From an uncultured Bacteroidales bacterium (GTDB lineage: Bacteria > Bacteroidota > Bacteroidia > Bacteroidales > UBA932): a stretch of 64,000 bases of DNA. A program made the position numbers and the translations under genes. Under the pieces are notes generated by a model. It saw nothing but the letters and a program-made list of their open reading frames with translations, was not told where the DNA came from and did no database searches. The DNA is taken from NCBI GenBank assembly GCA_949296645.1, contig CASFPH010000001.1, positions 10,299 to 74,298 of the forward strand, given 5' to 3'. Shown here piece by piece: positions 9,504 through 18,886 of this stretch; within the stretch, counting starts at the first letter, position 1, and each line of letters opens with the position of its first letter.

Positions 9504-9589
9504 GCTCAGGTGGTGGAATAGGTAGACACGCAGGACTTAAAATCCTGTGGGCAGAAATGCCCGTACGGGTTCGATTCCCGTCCCGAGCA
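9504..9589 (+). tRNA. tRNA-Leu (anticodon TAA)
   Basis: 86 nt class II tRNA. D-arm GTGGAATAGGTAGACAC, anticodon loop CTTAAAA, long variable arm GGGCAGAAATGCCC, T-arm ACGGGTTCGATTCCCGT. The acceptor stem has one A5-C68 mismatch. Confidence 0.85.
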
Positions 9590-9605
9590 CAATAAGAGAC
9601 TTATC

Positions 9606-9634
9606 CGGGAACCACGTTACGGTTCCCGTTTTTT
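9606..9634 (+). terminator. rho-independent terminator of the tRNA unit
   Basis: Stem CGGGAACC/GGTTCCCG followed by TTTTTT. It overlaps the stop codon of the convergent response-regulator gene. Confidence 0.65.
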
Positions 9635-10378
9635 GTTTTCAATCATGGCATATCCCGCAAGCTTTTCATAGAAGGAATCCCTGTAGGAATCAGACACTGG
9701 TATTCTATTTTTACCGAAAACGATTCTGTTCCTCTCTATCACCCCTATTTTCGTAAAGTTTACGATATATGACTTGTGTACTCTGGCAAACATATTCTCC
9801 GGCAGCATAAGTTCCAAAGCCTTCATCGTCATCAGTGAAAGCACAGGGGAGTCATACTCGGATGTATGTATCTTCACGTAATCCTTCAAGCCTTCGACAT
9901 AGATAATATCAGAATATCTGAGCCGGACAAGCTTATGCTCGGATTTGACAAAAATGCAATCCTTTCCGCCGCCATCAGGTTCCGGCTGTTTCTCCGTCCC
10001 CTTTCTCAACAGGCCGAACCATCTGAGAGCCCGCTCTGCAGCAGAGCAGAAATCCTTGTAACTTACAGGTTTCAGCAGATAATCCACGGCATTTACCTTG
10101 AATCCCTCAACCGCATACTGGCTGAAAGCCGTTATGAAAACCACCCTCGTGGATTCGGGCAGCATCGACGAAAGTTCAAGGCCGTTAAGTCCCGGCATCT
10201 GTATATCACAGAACAGAAGGTCTACGGGCGATACTGAGAGCCCTGAATATGCGGCAGACGCGCTATTGTATTTGCCGGCCATTTCCAGAAAAGGAGTTTT
10301 CCTGACATAACTTTCTATGAGTTCGAGAGCCAAAGGCTCATCGTCGACAATGGCGCATTTAAGAATCAGATTTTCCAT
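9617..10378 (-). CDS. LytR/AlgR-family (LytTR) response regulator
   Basis: 253 aa from the ATG at 10378. REC domain (VDDEP..DLLFCDIQMPG..), then a LytTR DNA-binding domain (IIYVEGLKDYVKIHT..VHKSYIVN). Confidence 0.9.
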   Translation of the reverse strand: MENLILKCAIVDDEPLALELIESYVRKTPFLEMAGKYNSASAAYSGLSVSPVDLLFCDIQMPGLNGLELSSMLPESTRVVFITAFSQYAVEGFKVNAVDYLLKPVSYKDFCSAAERALRWFGLLRKGTEKQPEPDGGGKDCIFVKSEHKLVRLRYSDIIYVEGLKDYVKIHTSEYDSPVLSLMTMKALELMLPENMFARVHKSYIVNFTKIGVIERNRIVFGKNRIPVSDSYRDSFYEKLAGYAMIENKKREP

Positions 10379-10380
10379 AA

Positions 10381-11424
10381 TCACATAAGATTTATTACAA
10401 GCTGCACACTATACACACCGTCTGATACCGACGTTTCATATATATATCTGTCAGGATAAATGAGATCCAGACGCCTTTTCAGATTTTCGAGGCCAATGCC
10501 GGAACCGCTTCGGTCACCGACAGGAGATTTCGGATAGTTGGAATTGGATATGACGCATTTTACGCCTGTATCATTATTGAACAGCGAAATATCCACATCC
10601 ACAAACGAATCGGAATCATTTGAAATACCGTGTTTGAAGGCATTCTCCACCAATGATATGAAAATGAGCGGAGCTATCATCAGTCCGGCATCATTCTCAG
10701 GCATGGAAACCCTCACACGCATACTGTCGGACAACCTTATCTTCATAAGTTCGACATATTTTGACACAAAATCCAGTTCGTTCTTAAGAGGAACCGTACC
10801 GGATCCCGTACCGTATAATACATAACGCAGCAGACCGCTCAGACTGTAAAGGGCTTCTCTGGCTTTTTCCGAATCCGTATCTATGAGCACATAGATGTTG
10901 TTCAAAGTATTGAAAAGGAAATGAGGATTCAACTGGCTCTTTAGATTCATAAGTTCAGCCTCGGCCTTATCCTTTTCGATAATCTGCCTCTCCCTTTCCG
11001 TATTGTACCATGTGGCCGTCATCCTTACGGCCACACTTGCACATACCACAAGGAGATATATCATCACATTGCCCAGCCTGAATCTCAACATATGGGCAAA
11101 ATCGGGTTCCGGTCTCATGCCAAAATCAGGGGGAGCAAAGAAATTCTTGAATATTACATGTACCAGATACATTATCAGTGCTACTGAAACGATATTCACC
11201 AGGACAAAGCGCAACGTTTTCTGTCTGTACAGGAACCGGTCAATGAAAAACAGATAGTTCAGGTAAAACACCGCCATGAATGACAACGGAGGAACTATCG
11301 TCTGCATATAGGATTCAAACGTAATCTCATGCCCGACACCGGTAAAAAAGAAAGGCATCACAAATATCACAAGCCAAAGGATGACATGCACACCGTAGTC
11401 TGATATAAATGTATTGATACGCAT
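10381..11424 (-). CDS. LytS/YehU-type sensor histidine kinase
   Basis: 347 aa. N-terminal multi-TM region, a His_kinase box LNPHFLFNTLNNI, and a C-terminal HATPase (ENAFKHG..GSGIGLEN). Confidence 0.88.
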   Translation of the reverse strand: MRINTFISDYGVHVILWLVIFVMPFFFTGVGHEITFESYMQTIVPPLSFMAVFYLNYLFFIDRFLYRQKTLRFVLVNIVSVALIMYLVHVIFKNFFAPPDFGMRPEPDFAHMLRFRLGNVMIYLLVVCASVAVRMTATWYNTERERQIIEKDKAEAELMNLKSQLNPHFLFNTLNNIYVLIDTDSEKAREALYSLSGLLRYVLYGTGSGTVPLKNELDFVSKYVELMKIRLSDSMRVRVSMPENDAGLMIAPLIFISLVENAFKHGISNDSDSFVDVDISLFNNDTGVKCVISNSNYPKSPVGDRSGSGIGLENLKRRLDLIYPDRYIYETSVSDGVYSVQLVINLM

Positions 11425-11458
11425 CTTCTATCTACTTTTACGACAAATTTAAAAAAAA

Positions 11459-12679
11459 CTATTCATACCTTATGGCCTCAATAGGATCAAGTGAAGCCGC
11501 CTTTCTGGCCGGATACCATCCGAAAAATATTCCGGTGACCGTACATACTGCAAAAGAAAGAATTACGCTCCAGCTCTGAATATAAATAGGATACAGGAAA
11601 ATCTTGTTTACGACAATTGCGGACCCTACTCCAAGCAGTACTCCTATCAGACCGCCTGTAACACTGATGAGGATCGACTCGTTCAGGAACTGAGCCAGTA
11701 TGTCAATGCCTTTGGCGCCAATACTCATCCTAAGACCTATTTCCCGTGTTCTCTCGGTTACGGAAACATACATTATGTTCATGATTCCGATACCGCCCAC
11801 CAAAAGCGAAATTCCAGCTACGGCAGCAAGAAGAATAGTCATCATATCCGTCGTACTGGTCATCATGGATGAAAGTTCCTGCTGCGAGCGTATGTCGAAA
11901 TCATCCTCTTCGTTACCGGATATTCTGTGATTCGTTCTGAGAAGAGCTGTAAGTTCATCCACTGCCTCTTCCGTAAAACTCTCGCTTACTGCAGAACATA
12001 TAATTTCCTGAAGATGAGTAATTGCCAGTATTCTCTTTTGTACGGTAGTATACGGGGCGATGATGAGATCATCCTGGTCCATACCCATACTGTTATAGCC
12101 TTTACTTTCCAGGACTCCGATGATACGGAACGGTATTTTATTGAAGCGTATGACTTTTCCGAGAGGATTTTCCCCGTCTGAAAAAAGTTCGTCCACAACT
12201 GTCTTTCCTACAAGACAGACTTTTGCAGCCGTCTTGATATCCTGTTCCGAGAACATCATCCCGTCCTCAACCTTGTACTTGCGGATTTCCATGTAGTCGG
12301 GAGCAATCCCATATACGGTGGTAGGAGTATTGTTCGCCCCGTATATAAGCTGTCCTGCAGCATTCACACACGGTGAAACATAAGACACATACCTGCACTT
12401 CCCGATAATGGAATTATAGTCTTCAAGTTTAAGGGATTCCATATCATCCGCACTCAACCGGACCCCACCTCTCATATCTCCTCCAGGATGAATCATTATC
12501 ATATTGGATCCCATCTCGCTGATTTCTTTCTGTATGCTCTTCTTCGATCCCTGGCCGATTGCCAGCATCGTTATGACGGATGCCACACCTATTATAATGC
12601 CGAGCATCGTCAAAAAGCCCCTCATCTTATTATTGTTAAGGGCCTTGAAAGCTATTCTGAAAAGATTTGATATTGTCAT
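11459..12679 (-). CDS. MacB-type ABC transporter permease (FtsX fold)
   Basis: 406 aa. One TM, a large periplasmic domain, then 3 TM with the RTREIGLRMSIGA motif. Confidence 0.88.
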   Translation of the reverse strand: MTISNLFRIAFKALNNNKMRGFLTMLGIIIGVASVITMLAIGQGSKKSIQKEISEMGSNMIMIHPGGDMRGGVRLSADDMESLKLEDYNSIIGKCRYVSYVSPCVNAAGQLIYGANNTPTTVYGIAPDYMEIRKYKVEDGMMFSEQDIKTAAKVCLVGKTVVDELFSDGENPLGKVIRFNKIPFRIIGVLESKGYNSMGMDQDDLIIAPYTTVQKRILAITHLQEIICSAVSESFTEEAVDELTALLRTNHRISGNEEDDFDIRSQQELSSMMTSTTDMMTILLAAVAGISLLVGGIGIMNIMYVSVTERTREIGLRMSIGAKGIDILAQFLNESILISVTGGLIGVLLGVGSAIVVNKIFLYPIYIQSWSVILSFAVCTVTGIFFGWYPARKAASLDPIEAIRYE

Positions 12680-12680
12680 G

Positions 12681-13421
12681 TCAGTCGTTGTTTACCGGCA
12701 ATGCGGCAAGGTCATCTGCCGCATTGCATATTCTGTTGTTCTCTACGTCGCTCACAACCCGCCCGTCACTCAATCTGATGGTACGGCTGCTGTATTTTGA
12801 TATATCCGGATTATGTGTCACGAATATTATGGTTCTGCCTTCACGGAAAAGTTTCTGGAACAATACAAGAATCTCATAACTTGTTCTTGTATCAAGATTT
12901 CCTGTAGCCTCGTCTGCAAGGATGACCGCAGGTTCGTTCACCAGCGCCCTTGCTATGGCGACCCTCTGCATCTGGCCTCCCGACATCTGATTGCTCTTAT
13001 GGTCAAGCCGGTCTCCCAGGCCGACTGCGACAAGAGCTTTTACGGCAAGCTCCCGTCTTTCGGCTGCATTGTACTTTTTGTTATACAATAAGGGAAGTTC
13101 AACATTCTCCACCGCAGTGGTCTTGGGAAGCAGATTATAATTCTGGAAGACAAAGCCTATTTTCCTGTTCCGCAAGACTGCACGCTCGTTCTTTCCCATA
13201 TTCCTTACAGCCGTACCATCAAGATAATATTCTCCTGAAGTCGGGGTATCAAGGCAGCCCAGCGTATTGAGAAGCGTACTTTTACCGGAGCCTGATGTTC
13301 CCATTATGGTAACGAACTCACCCTCCCTTATTGTAAACGAGACATCCCTCAAGGCATGCACAGTTTCACCGCCTACATAAAAATCACGGCATATTTTCTC
13401 CAATCTTATTATATCTTTCAT
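12681..13421 (-). CDS. ABC transporter ATP-binding protein (MacB/LolD type)
   Basis: 246 aa with Walker A GTSGSGKST, signature LSGGQMQR and Walker B ILADE. Confidence 0.93.
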   Translation of the reverse strand: MKDIIRLEKICRDFYVGGETVHALRDVSFTIREGEFVTIMGTSGSGKSTLLNTLGCLDTPTSGEYYLDGTAVRNMGKNERAVLRNRKIGFVFQNYNLLPKTTAVENVELPLLYNKKYNAAERRELAVKALVAVGLGDRLDHKSNQMSGGQMQRVAIARALVNEPAVILADEATGNLDTRTSYEILVLFQKLFREGRTIIFVTHNPDISKYSSRTIRLSDGRVVSDVENNRICNAADDLAALPVNND

Positions 13422-13451
13422 AACATATACCCCTTAAATTAGCAACAACAG

Positions 13452-14663
13452 CTATTTCCCATTTTTACCGTTTCCGCCACCCGGAGGAGCAGGCATGAAA
13501 GGACTCCTTTCAATTTCCCCGATATCTGATGGCAGTTTGACATCCGCTTTCATTCCGACAACCACCGTATCTCCTTCCACAAGTCCTGAAATGATTTCGG
13601 TCATATCCCCGGATGAATCCCCGGTTTTCACGGTACGGTGCGTAATGGTCCCGTTTTTCAGCACCCAGACATAAGAATTGCTTTCTTCCATATTCCCGGC
13701 AGCCGGCATATTCCCTTGCGACATGCTTATTCCCATTGCTGAAAGGGACTCAGGATCCGGAACATAACGCAAAGCTCTTGAAGGAATCACATCCGCATCA
13801 TTCTTTTCCATGGTATATATGGATATATTGGCAGTAAGGCCCGGTTTCAGTTTCAGCTCCGGATTATATGCAGAAATCACAACCTCATATGTCACCACAT
13901 TTGACTCGACAACCGCCTCCAGACGAACCTGCTTTACTCTGCCTTCAAAAGTATCATCAGGATATGCATCAACATAGAATTCAACACGCTGCCCCTCCTT
14001 CACGCCTCCTATATCTGCTTCATCCACGTCGGCTATCACTTCCATCTGCGTAAGGTCATTGGCAATGGTGAAAAGCGTAGGAGTTTCAAAACCGGCAGCA
14101 ACAGTCTGTCCTTCTTCCACGGCCCTGCTTATTACAATTCCGTCAATAGGACTTGTAATTGTCGCATATTCAAGGTTGCGTTTCACCTTCACCATGGAAG
14201 CCACACTTCTGTCATATTCGCTTTTTGCCCTGTTGTAATTGTACAAGGCCGTATCGTATTCATAATCGCTTATAAGTTTCTTGTCATAAAGAACCTTGTT
14301 CCTTTCATACGTCTTCTGCTGATATTCATACTCATTCTTGCACGATGCAAGTTCGGCTTCAGCTGACGCCAGTTCCGCCTCAAGGGTTTCCTTATCCATC
14401 TCCGCAATAAGTTGTCCGGCCTTGACAACATCATTATAATCCACATAAAGTTTGCTTATTATACCTGAAACCTGGGTACCGACCTCAACCTCGGTCACCG
14501 GTTCAACAGTTCCCGTCGCCATCACCACACTGGAAATGGACATTTTTTCCAGAGCTGCAGTTTCCAGGGAAAATTTTTCTGTAGAAGACGGTTTCAACAA
14601 AATGAAACACAGGACTCCTGCAACTGCCGCCAACAATATCACAACTGTAAGTTTCTTTTTCAT
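13452..14663 (-). CDS. efflux periplasmic adaptor subunit (HlyD/MacA-like)
   Basis: 403 aa with a signal anchor, a lipoyl-like VSGIISKLYVDYND, a coiled coil and a beta-barrel domain. Confidence 0.88.
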   Translation of the reverse strand: MKKKLTVVILLAAVAGVLCFILLKPSSTEKFSLETAALEKMSISSVVMATGTVEPVTEVEVGTQVSGIISKLYVDYNDVVKAGQLIAEMDKETLEAELASAEAELASCKNEYEYQQKTYERNKVLYDKKLISDYEYDTALYNYNRAKSEYDRSVASMVKVKRNLEYATITSPIDGIVISRAVEEGQTVAAGFETPTLFTIANDLTQMEVIADVDEADIGGVKEGQRVEFYVDAYPDDTFEGRVKQVRLEAVVESNVVTYEVVISAYNPELKLKPGLTANISIYTMEKNDADVIPSRALRYVPDPESLSAMGISMSQGNMPAAGNMEESNSYVWVLKNGTITHRTVKTGDSSGDMTEIISGLVEGDTVVVGMKADVKLPSDIGEIERSPFMPAPPGGGNGKNGK

Positions 14664-14675
14664 ATCAATAACATT

Positions 14676-15971
14676 TTATCTGATTTCCTGATTGTTTCTA
14701 TATATATCCAGTACCTTTATATTCATAAGAGTCATATATTTGGCCTGCAGGAGAGATTCCCTTGCCATCAGAAGATTGTCTTTCGCATCAAGCATGTCGG
14801 AAATATTCGAGACACCGTTAAGGAACTGCTCTTCCGCCAGAGAATAGGATTCTTCAGCAGATTCAAGAAGTTTCTTTGCCGACACATATTCGGATCTGTA
14901 GGAAAGTATGTCCAGATAGACGGATTCCACTTCCGAAAGCAGTTCCTTTTCCCTCGCCGCAAGATCAAGCATTGCATCATCTACACCGATTTCCGCTTTT
15001 CTTACCGAAGTTCTTGTACTTCCGTTGGAATATATCGGCACTGATATTACCAGACCGGCAGACTGATTGAACGCATTTGAAATCTGACTTCCGAAACTCA
15101 TTGAAGATGAAGAATTATACTGTGTACCGATTCCGGCAGAGAGTGATATCCTTGGATAATACCCGGATTTTGCACTCTTGACACCGGTCTGTGCATTTTC
15201 CAGATTAAGCCTTCCAATTTCCATTTCAGGCATGGAAGAAAGAGCTGCTTCATAAATATCCTCCCTGCTCTCCAGCGGAACCATTATATCGGACTCATCT
15301 ATTACCGGTATTTCTACATTCATTTCTTCTGAAATATCGAGTTCAAGAAGCTGTTTGAGTCTGAGCAGTGAATTATCAAGATTGGACTGCGCCGCAGTAA
15401 CCTGATACATGTCACTTTCATATTCGCTTTCAAGCCTTGCCAGCTCTGCTTTGTTTATCATGCCGGCGCTGAACATTTCTACAGCCCTGTTCTTTCTATC
15501 GAGAGATGATTCAGCTGTAGAACGGTTGGTATTGAGAGCCTCTGATGCATAAAGAATCTGCATGTATGCCTGAATTACGGCTATACGTATCGAATTCCTG
15601 GTCTCCTCAACACCGAGTTCATTTATTCTGTCCGACACTTTCGCCATCTTCAGAGTATTCCTCAAAGAACCCCCTTCGTAAACAGGCAAAGAAAGATTCA
15701 TGCTATAGGAACCTGTATACCCGGAACCTGCCTGCGCCGGACCACCGGTAACAGTCTGCGACGAAGATGCCGACAATGACGGAAAAAATGCTTCTCTGGC
15801 AGCCCTCGTATCCTCAAGACCTGAAAGTCCCACATTCTTTGAACGCTTGACGTCAATACTGTTTTCCATCGCATAATTCAGGCAATCCTCCAATGTCCAG
15901 CTCTTTTCCTGTCCTGAAAGCAGAAAAGGAAAAAGCGAGACAACTGCAAATAAAATCAATCTGTTTTTCAT
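14676..15971 (-). CDS. TolC-family outer membrane efflux protein
   Basis: 431 aa from the ATG at 15971 (MKNRLILFAVV signal). Two repeated coiled-coil/OEP halves. Confidence 0.85.
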   Translation of the reverse strand: MKNRLILFAVVSLFPFLLSGQEKSWTLEDCLNYAMENSIDVKRSKNVGLSGLEDTRAAREAFFPSLSASSSQTVTGGPAQAGSGYTGSYSMNLSLPVYEGGSLRNTLKMAKVSDRINELGVEETRNSIRIAVIQAYMQILYASEALNTNRSTAESSLDRKNRAVEMFSAGMINKAELARLESEYESDMYQVTAAQSNLDNSLLRLKQLLELDISEEMNVEIPVIDESDIMVPLESREDIYEAALSSMPEMEIGRLNLENAQTGVKSAKSGYYPRISLSAGIGTQYNSSSSMSFGSQISNAFNQSAGLVISVPIYSNGSTRTSVRKAEIGVDDAMLDLAAREKELLSEVESVYLDILSYRSEYVSAKKLLESAEESYSLAEEQFLNGVSNISDMLDAKDNLLMARESLLQAKYMTLMNIKVLDIYRNNQEIR

Positions 15972-16107
15972 ATCCGAAACGTTTTCTTTTGACGCGAATT
16001 TACCGCCTTGACCTTTCCGGGGCAAAGTATTTGGACACAAGAGAGACAATCGTCGACAAAATCGGGAAAACAGCCGACGAACTACATAAGAAGACTCGTT
16101 GCAGTTG

Positions 16108-16142
16108 AAAAAAAAAGGACTGTGCCTGACTTAACACAGTCC
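16108..16142 (-). terminator. rho-independent terminator after tRNA-Gly(CCC)
   Basis: On the minus strand, stem GGACTGTG/CACAGTCC is followed by T9. Confidence 0.7.
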
Positions 16143-16149
16143 CATAGAG

Positions 16150-16222
16150 AGCGGAAAACGGGAATCGAACCCGCGACCCTCAGCTTGGGAAGCTGATGCT
16201 CTACCAACTGAGCTATTTCCGC
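16150..16222 (-). tRNA. tRNA-Gly (anticodon CCC)
   Basis: 73 nt. Reverse complement reads GCGGAAATAGCTCAGTTGGTAGAGCATCAGCTTCCCAAGCTGA..TTCGATTCCCGTTTTCCGCT. Anticodon loop TTCCCAA. Confidence 0.9.
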
Positions 16223-16233
16223 AAAAAGGATTA

Positions 16234-16241
16234 CAAAATTA
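16234..16241 (-). promoter_or_regulatory. -7 box TAATTTTG for tRNA-Gly(CCC)
   Basis: Plus-strand CAAAATTA, 11 nt upstream of the tRNA 5' end. Confidence 0.4.
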
Positions 16242-16271
16242 ACAAAATATTTCAATAATCCCGATATATTC

Positions 16272-16305
16272 AAAAAAAAAGTCTTTCAGAATACACCTGA
16301 AAGAC
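16272..16305 (-). terminator. rho-independent terminator after tRNA-Gly(GCC)
   Basis: On the minus strand, stem GTCTTTCAG/CTGAAAGAC is followed by T9. Confidence 0.75.
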
Positions 16306-16312
16306 TTCATAG

Positions 16313-16385
16313 AGCGGAAAACGAGACTCGAACTCGCGACCCTAACCTTGGCAAGGTTATGCTCTACCAACTGAGCTATTTCCGC
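16313..16385 (-). tRNA. tRNA-Gly (anticodon GCC)
   Basis: 73 nt. Reverse complement reads GCGGAAATAGCTCAGTTGGTAGAGCATAACCTTGCCAAGGTTA..TTCGAGTCTCGTTTTCCGCT. Anticodon loop TTGCCAA. Confidence 0.92.
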
Positions 16386-16396
16386 GTTTGCGAATG

Positions 16397-16404
16397 CAAA
16401 GATA
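16397..16404 (-). promoter_or_regulatory. -7 box TATCTTTG for tRNA-Gly(GCC)
   Basis: Plus-strand TGCAAAGATA at 16395-16404, 11 nt upstream of the tRNA 5' end. Confidence 0.55.
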
Positions 16405-16479
16405 TAACAAATATTCTATCCTCCAAAAAAAAATCCATTTTTCTACAGAAGCAGCATGGATAAAGCACTATATGCAAAT

Positions 16480-16525
16480 AGGCACTTTCCTGAATTACAG
16501 CCATTTGCCTTATAGGAAAGTGCCT
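16480..16525 (-). terminator. hairpin downstream of pheS
   Basis: A 12-bp perfect stem AGGCACTTTCCT/AGGAAAGTGCCT, 28 nt past the pheS stop. The U-tract is weak. Confidence 0.5.
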
Positions 16526-16552
16526 TGCCGCATATTGTTTCACACCCTATTG

Positions 16553-17581
16553 TCAGAAGGACGTAGAAAATTCCTTGAGGAAACGCAGGTCGTTTTCAAA
16601 ATAGTGTCTGAGATCGTTAACCTGCCATTTCAGCATGGCTATCCTTTCTATACCCATGCCGAAAGCGAAACCGCTGTATACATCGGGATCTATTCCGCAC
16701 GCTCTCAATACATTCGGATCGACCATGCCGGCTCCCATTATTTCAAGCCACCCGGTTCCCTTACAGATATTGCAACCTTCTCCCTTGCATATATTACAAC
16801 TCACGTCTACCTCAACACTCGGTTCCGTAAACGGAAAATAGGACGGCCTTAACCTTATTTTGGTATTTTCACCAAACATCTCCCTGGCAAAAAGAAGTAT
16901 AGACTGTTTCATGTCGGCAAAGGTAACACTCTTGTCAACATACAGTCCCTCAACCTGATGGAATATGCAATGTGCACGTGCGGATATCGCTTCATTGCGG
17001 AATACACGCCCAGGACATACTATTCTTATCGGCAAAGGCATCTTCTCCATCGAACGCACCTGCACGGAGCTTGTATGGGTCCTCAACAGAATAGGATTGT
17101 CATTTCCGGAAGTCACGAAAAACGTATCCTGCATATCCCTGGCAGGATGCTCCGGAGGGAAATTCAAGGCACTGAACACATGCCAGTCATCTTCTATTTC
17201 AGGACCCTCGGAAACGGCATAACCGAGCTTGTTGAAAATCGATATGATCTCTTCCCTTGTAATCGAAACCGGGTGACGGCTGCCGAGTTCAAAAGGATCC
17301 CCAGGCATTGTCATGTCTGATTTTGAGCCTGAAGATACAGGAGCATCAACCAGAGAATTACGCAATTGCTCTATCTTGTCAGCCGCAGCGTTCTTGAGTT
17401 TGTTCAATATCTGCCCGAATTCCCGTTTCTGCTCGGGCAGCACGTTTCTGAATTCATCGAAAAGTGCCGTTATCTCTCCTTTTTTTCCGAGAAGTCTGAT
17501 TCTGAGGTCTTCGACTTCACGTTCTGTCTGGGCTTTGACATTATCGAGTTCAGACAGAATCTTCTCTATTTTGTCTCTCAT
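16553..17581 (-). CDS. pheS: phenylalanine--tRNA ligase alpha subunit
   Basis: 342 aa with an N-terminal coiled coil and class II aaRS motifs (HPARDMQDTFF, FRNEAISARAH, GFAFGMGIERI). Confidence 0.95.
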   Translation of the reverse strand: MRDKIEKILSELDNVKAQTEREVEDLRIRLLGKKGEITALFDEFRNVLPEQKREFGQILNKLKNAAADKIEQLRNSLVDAPVSSGSKSDMTMPGDPFELGSRHPVSITREEIISIFNKLGYAVSEGPEIEDDWHVFSALNFPPEHPARDMQDTFFVTSGNDNPILLRTHTSSVQVRSMEKMPLPIRIVCPGRVFRNEAISARAHCIFHQVEGLYVDKSVTFADMKQSILLFAREMFGENTKIRLRPSYFPFTEPSVEVDVSCNICKGEGCNICKGTGWLEIMGAGMVDPNVLRACGIDPDVYSGFAFGMGIERIAMLKWQVNDLRHYFENDLRFLKEFSTSF

Positions 17582-17599
17582 TGTTCTGGAATATTAAAA

Positions 17600-18865
17600 T
17601 CAATAGATGACTCCGTTTCTGCTTACAGGCATTGTCATGCATCTTGCTCCGCCGCCTCCGCGAGGCAATTCAGAGCCTTCAATCGTTATCACGCATTTTC
17701 CCAATGATGCATAGTCTCTTTTCCCGTTCACTATATCCCATGCAGGAACGACATCGAATCCGTTCTTGTTAAGTTCGTTTATGGTATGGATATTACGTGC
17801 ATATGCCAGAACTTTTCCTGGCTCTATGGCAAACGAATTGGCACCGCTGTGCCACTGTTCGCGTTCCTGGTACCATTCATCCTCTATGCCTCCGCATTTC
17901 AGAGGTTTCAAGTCTATTCCGAGTTTCCTTAAAGCCGTTGGTATGTCCGAAACCCTGGATATGTTGGAAACCTTTCCATTGTCAATCTGTATATGAACGG
18001 TCTGATACTGGTTATCATGCATTATCAGAGGTTCGAAAACCATACACTTGTCCACATCCAGCATTGTGAAAACCATATCAAGATGTATGAACGACTCCGG
18101 TGTGCTTGGAAGCTGCTGTACTATTACATGTTTCCTGCCCTCTCCGGAAGTCTTGCACAGATTCTGAATCAGAGCATCTATGCCATGCGTACTTGTCCTG
18201 CATCCGTTTCCTATCAAAAGGATATCGTCACGGACAATAAGGATATCTCCACCCTCCATATGTATGTCACCTGAAGGAGAATTGAAGGTATGGGCATTCA
18301 ACACGTTGCATTCGAAAGCGCCGGAACCTCTGAAAATAGCTTCCATTATAAGGGATTCACGCATCCTGACCTTGTTTGCCATCTTGCATATCAGGGCGTT
18401 GTTCCCTATCGTGACAGAAGCATCTCTTGTAAAATAGAAATTGTACAGAGGAAAAAGTATATAGTAATCGTCATTCAGATATGCCGTAAGTGTATCTATC
18501 CTTGCAGGAAGCCCCTCTATAAGAGCGGAAGCAAGGTTGTCGGAATTCATCTGAAACAGATCGTCATAATAATCGAGAGCGCCTTCGTTGGCACATATTT
18601 TCCTAAGGAGAGACTCTCTTTCCTTAAGATCATCAAGAACCATAACCAGCAGATCATGAACCTTATAGACGGTTGTTGCCTTTTTAAGCACACCTTCGAG
18701 CTGTTCATATTCATGCTGGGCGATCGAAAGATTCAGTATGTCACTGTAAAGGGCACGCTGTGCATCCCTCGGAGTCATATTTTCCACTTCCGCTCCAGGA
18801 TTATGCAATATCACGCCGTTCAATTTGCCGATCTCTGACTGTACGTTTAATTTCAATTTGTCCAT
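17600..18865 (-). CDS. arginine deiminase-family protein (guanidino-group modifying fold)
   Basis: 421 aa. The N-terminus SEIGKLNGVILHNPGAEVE..ALYSDIL and the C-terminal catalytic-Cys context GGGGARCMTMP resemble ArcA. Confidence 0.75.
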   Translation of the reverse strand: MDKLKLNVQSEIGKLNGVILHNPGAEVENMTPRDAQRALYSDILNLSIAQHEYEQLEGVLKKATTVYKVHDLLVMVLDDLKERESLLRKICANEGALDYYDDLFQMNSDNLASALIEGLPARIDTLTAYLNDDYYILFPLYNFYFTRDASVTIGNNALICKMANKVRMRESLIMEAIFRGSGAFECNVLNAHTFNSPSGDIHMEGGDILIVRDDILLIGNGCRTSTHGIDALIQNLCKTSGEGRKHVIVQQLPSTPESFIHLDMVFTMLDVDKCMVFEPLIMHDNQYQTVHIQIDNGKVSNISRVSDIPTALRKLGIDLKPLKCGGIEDEWYQEREQWHSGANSFAIEPGKVLAYARNIHTINELNKNGFDVVPAWDIVNGKRDYASLGKCVITIEGSELPRGGGGARCMTMPVSRNGVIY

Positions 18866-18886
18866 ATATGTTTGTTTCTGTTTTCT

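Noticed and set aside
9404-9756. Track ORFs overlapping the tRNA-Gly/tRNA-Leu genes. Similar ORFs lie at 16008-16273 over the other tRNA-Gly genes.
   Set aside because: The sequence is fully explained by cloverleaf tRNAs and their terminators.
16272-16280. Homopolymer runs as phase-variation switches: A9 here, A9 at 16108-16116, T9 at 43301-43309, A8 at 24030-24037 and A8 at 43125-43132.
   Set aside because: Three of the five (16272-16280, 16108-16116 and 43125-43132) are the U-tracts of stem-loop terminators; the other two are intergenic (upstream of the tRNA(CAT) promoter box and inside the metK leader). None lies inside a reading frame or between -33 and -7 promoter elements.
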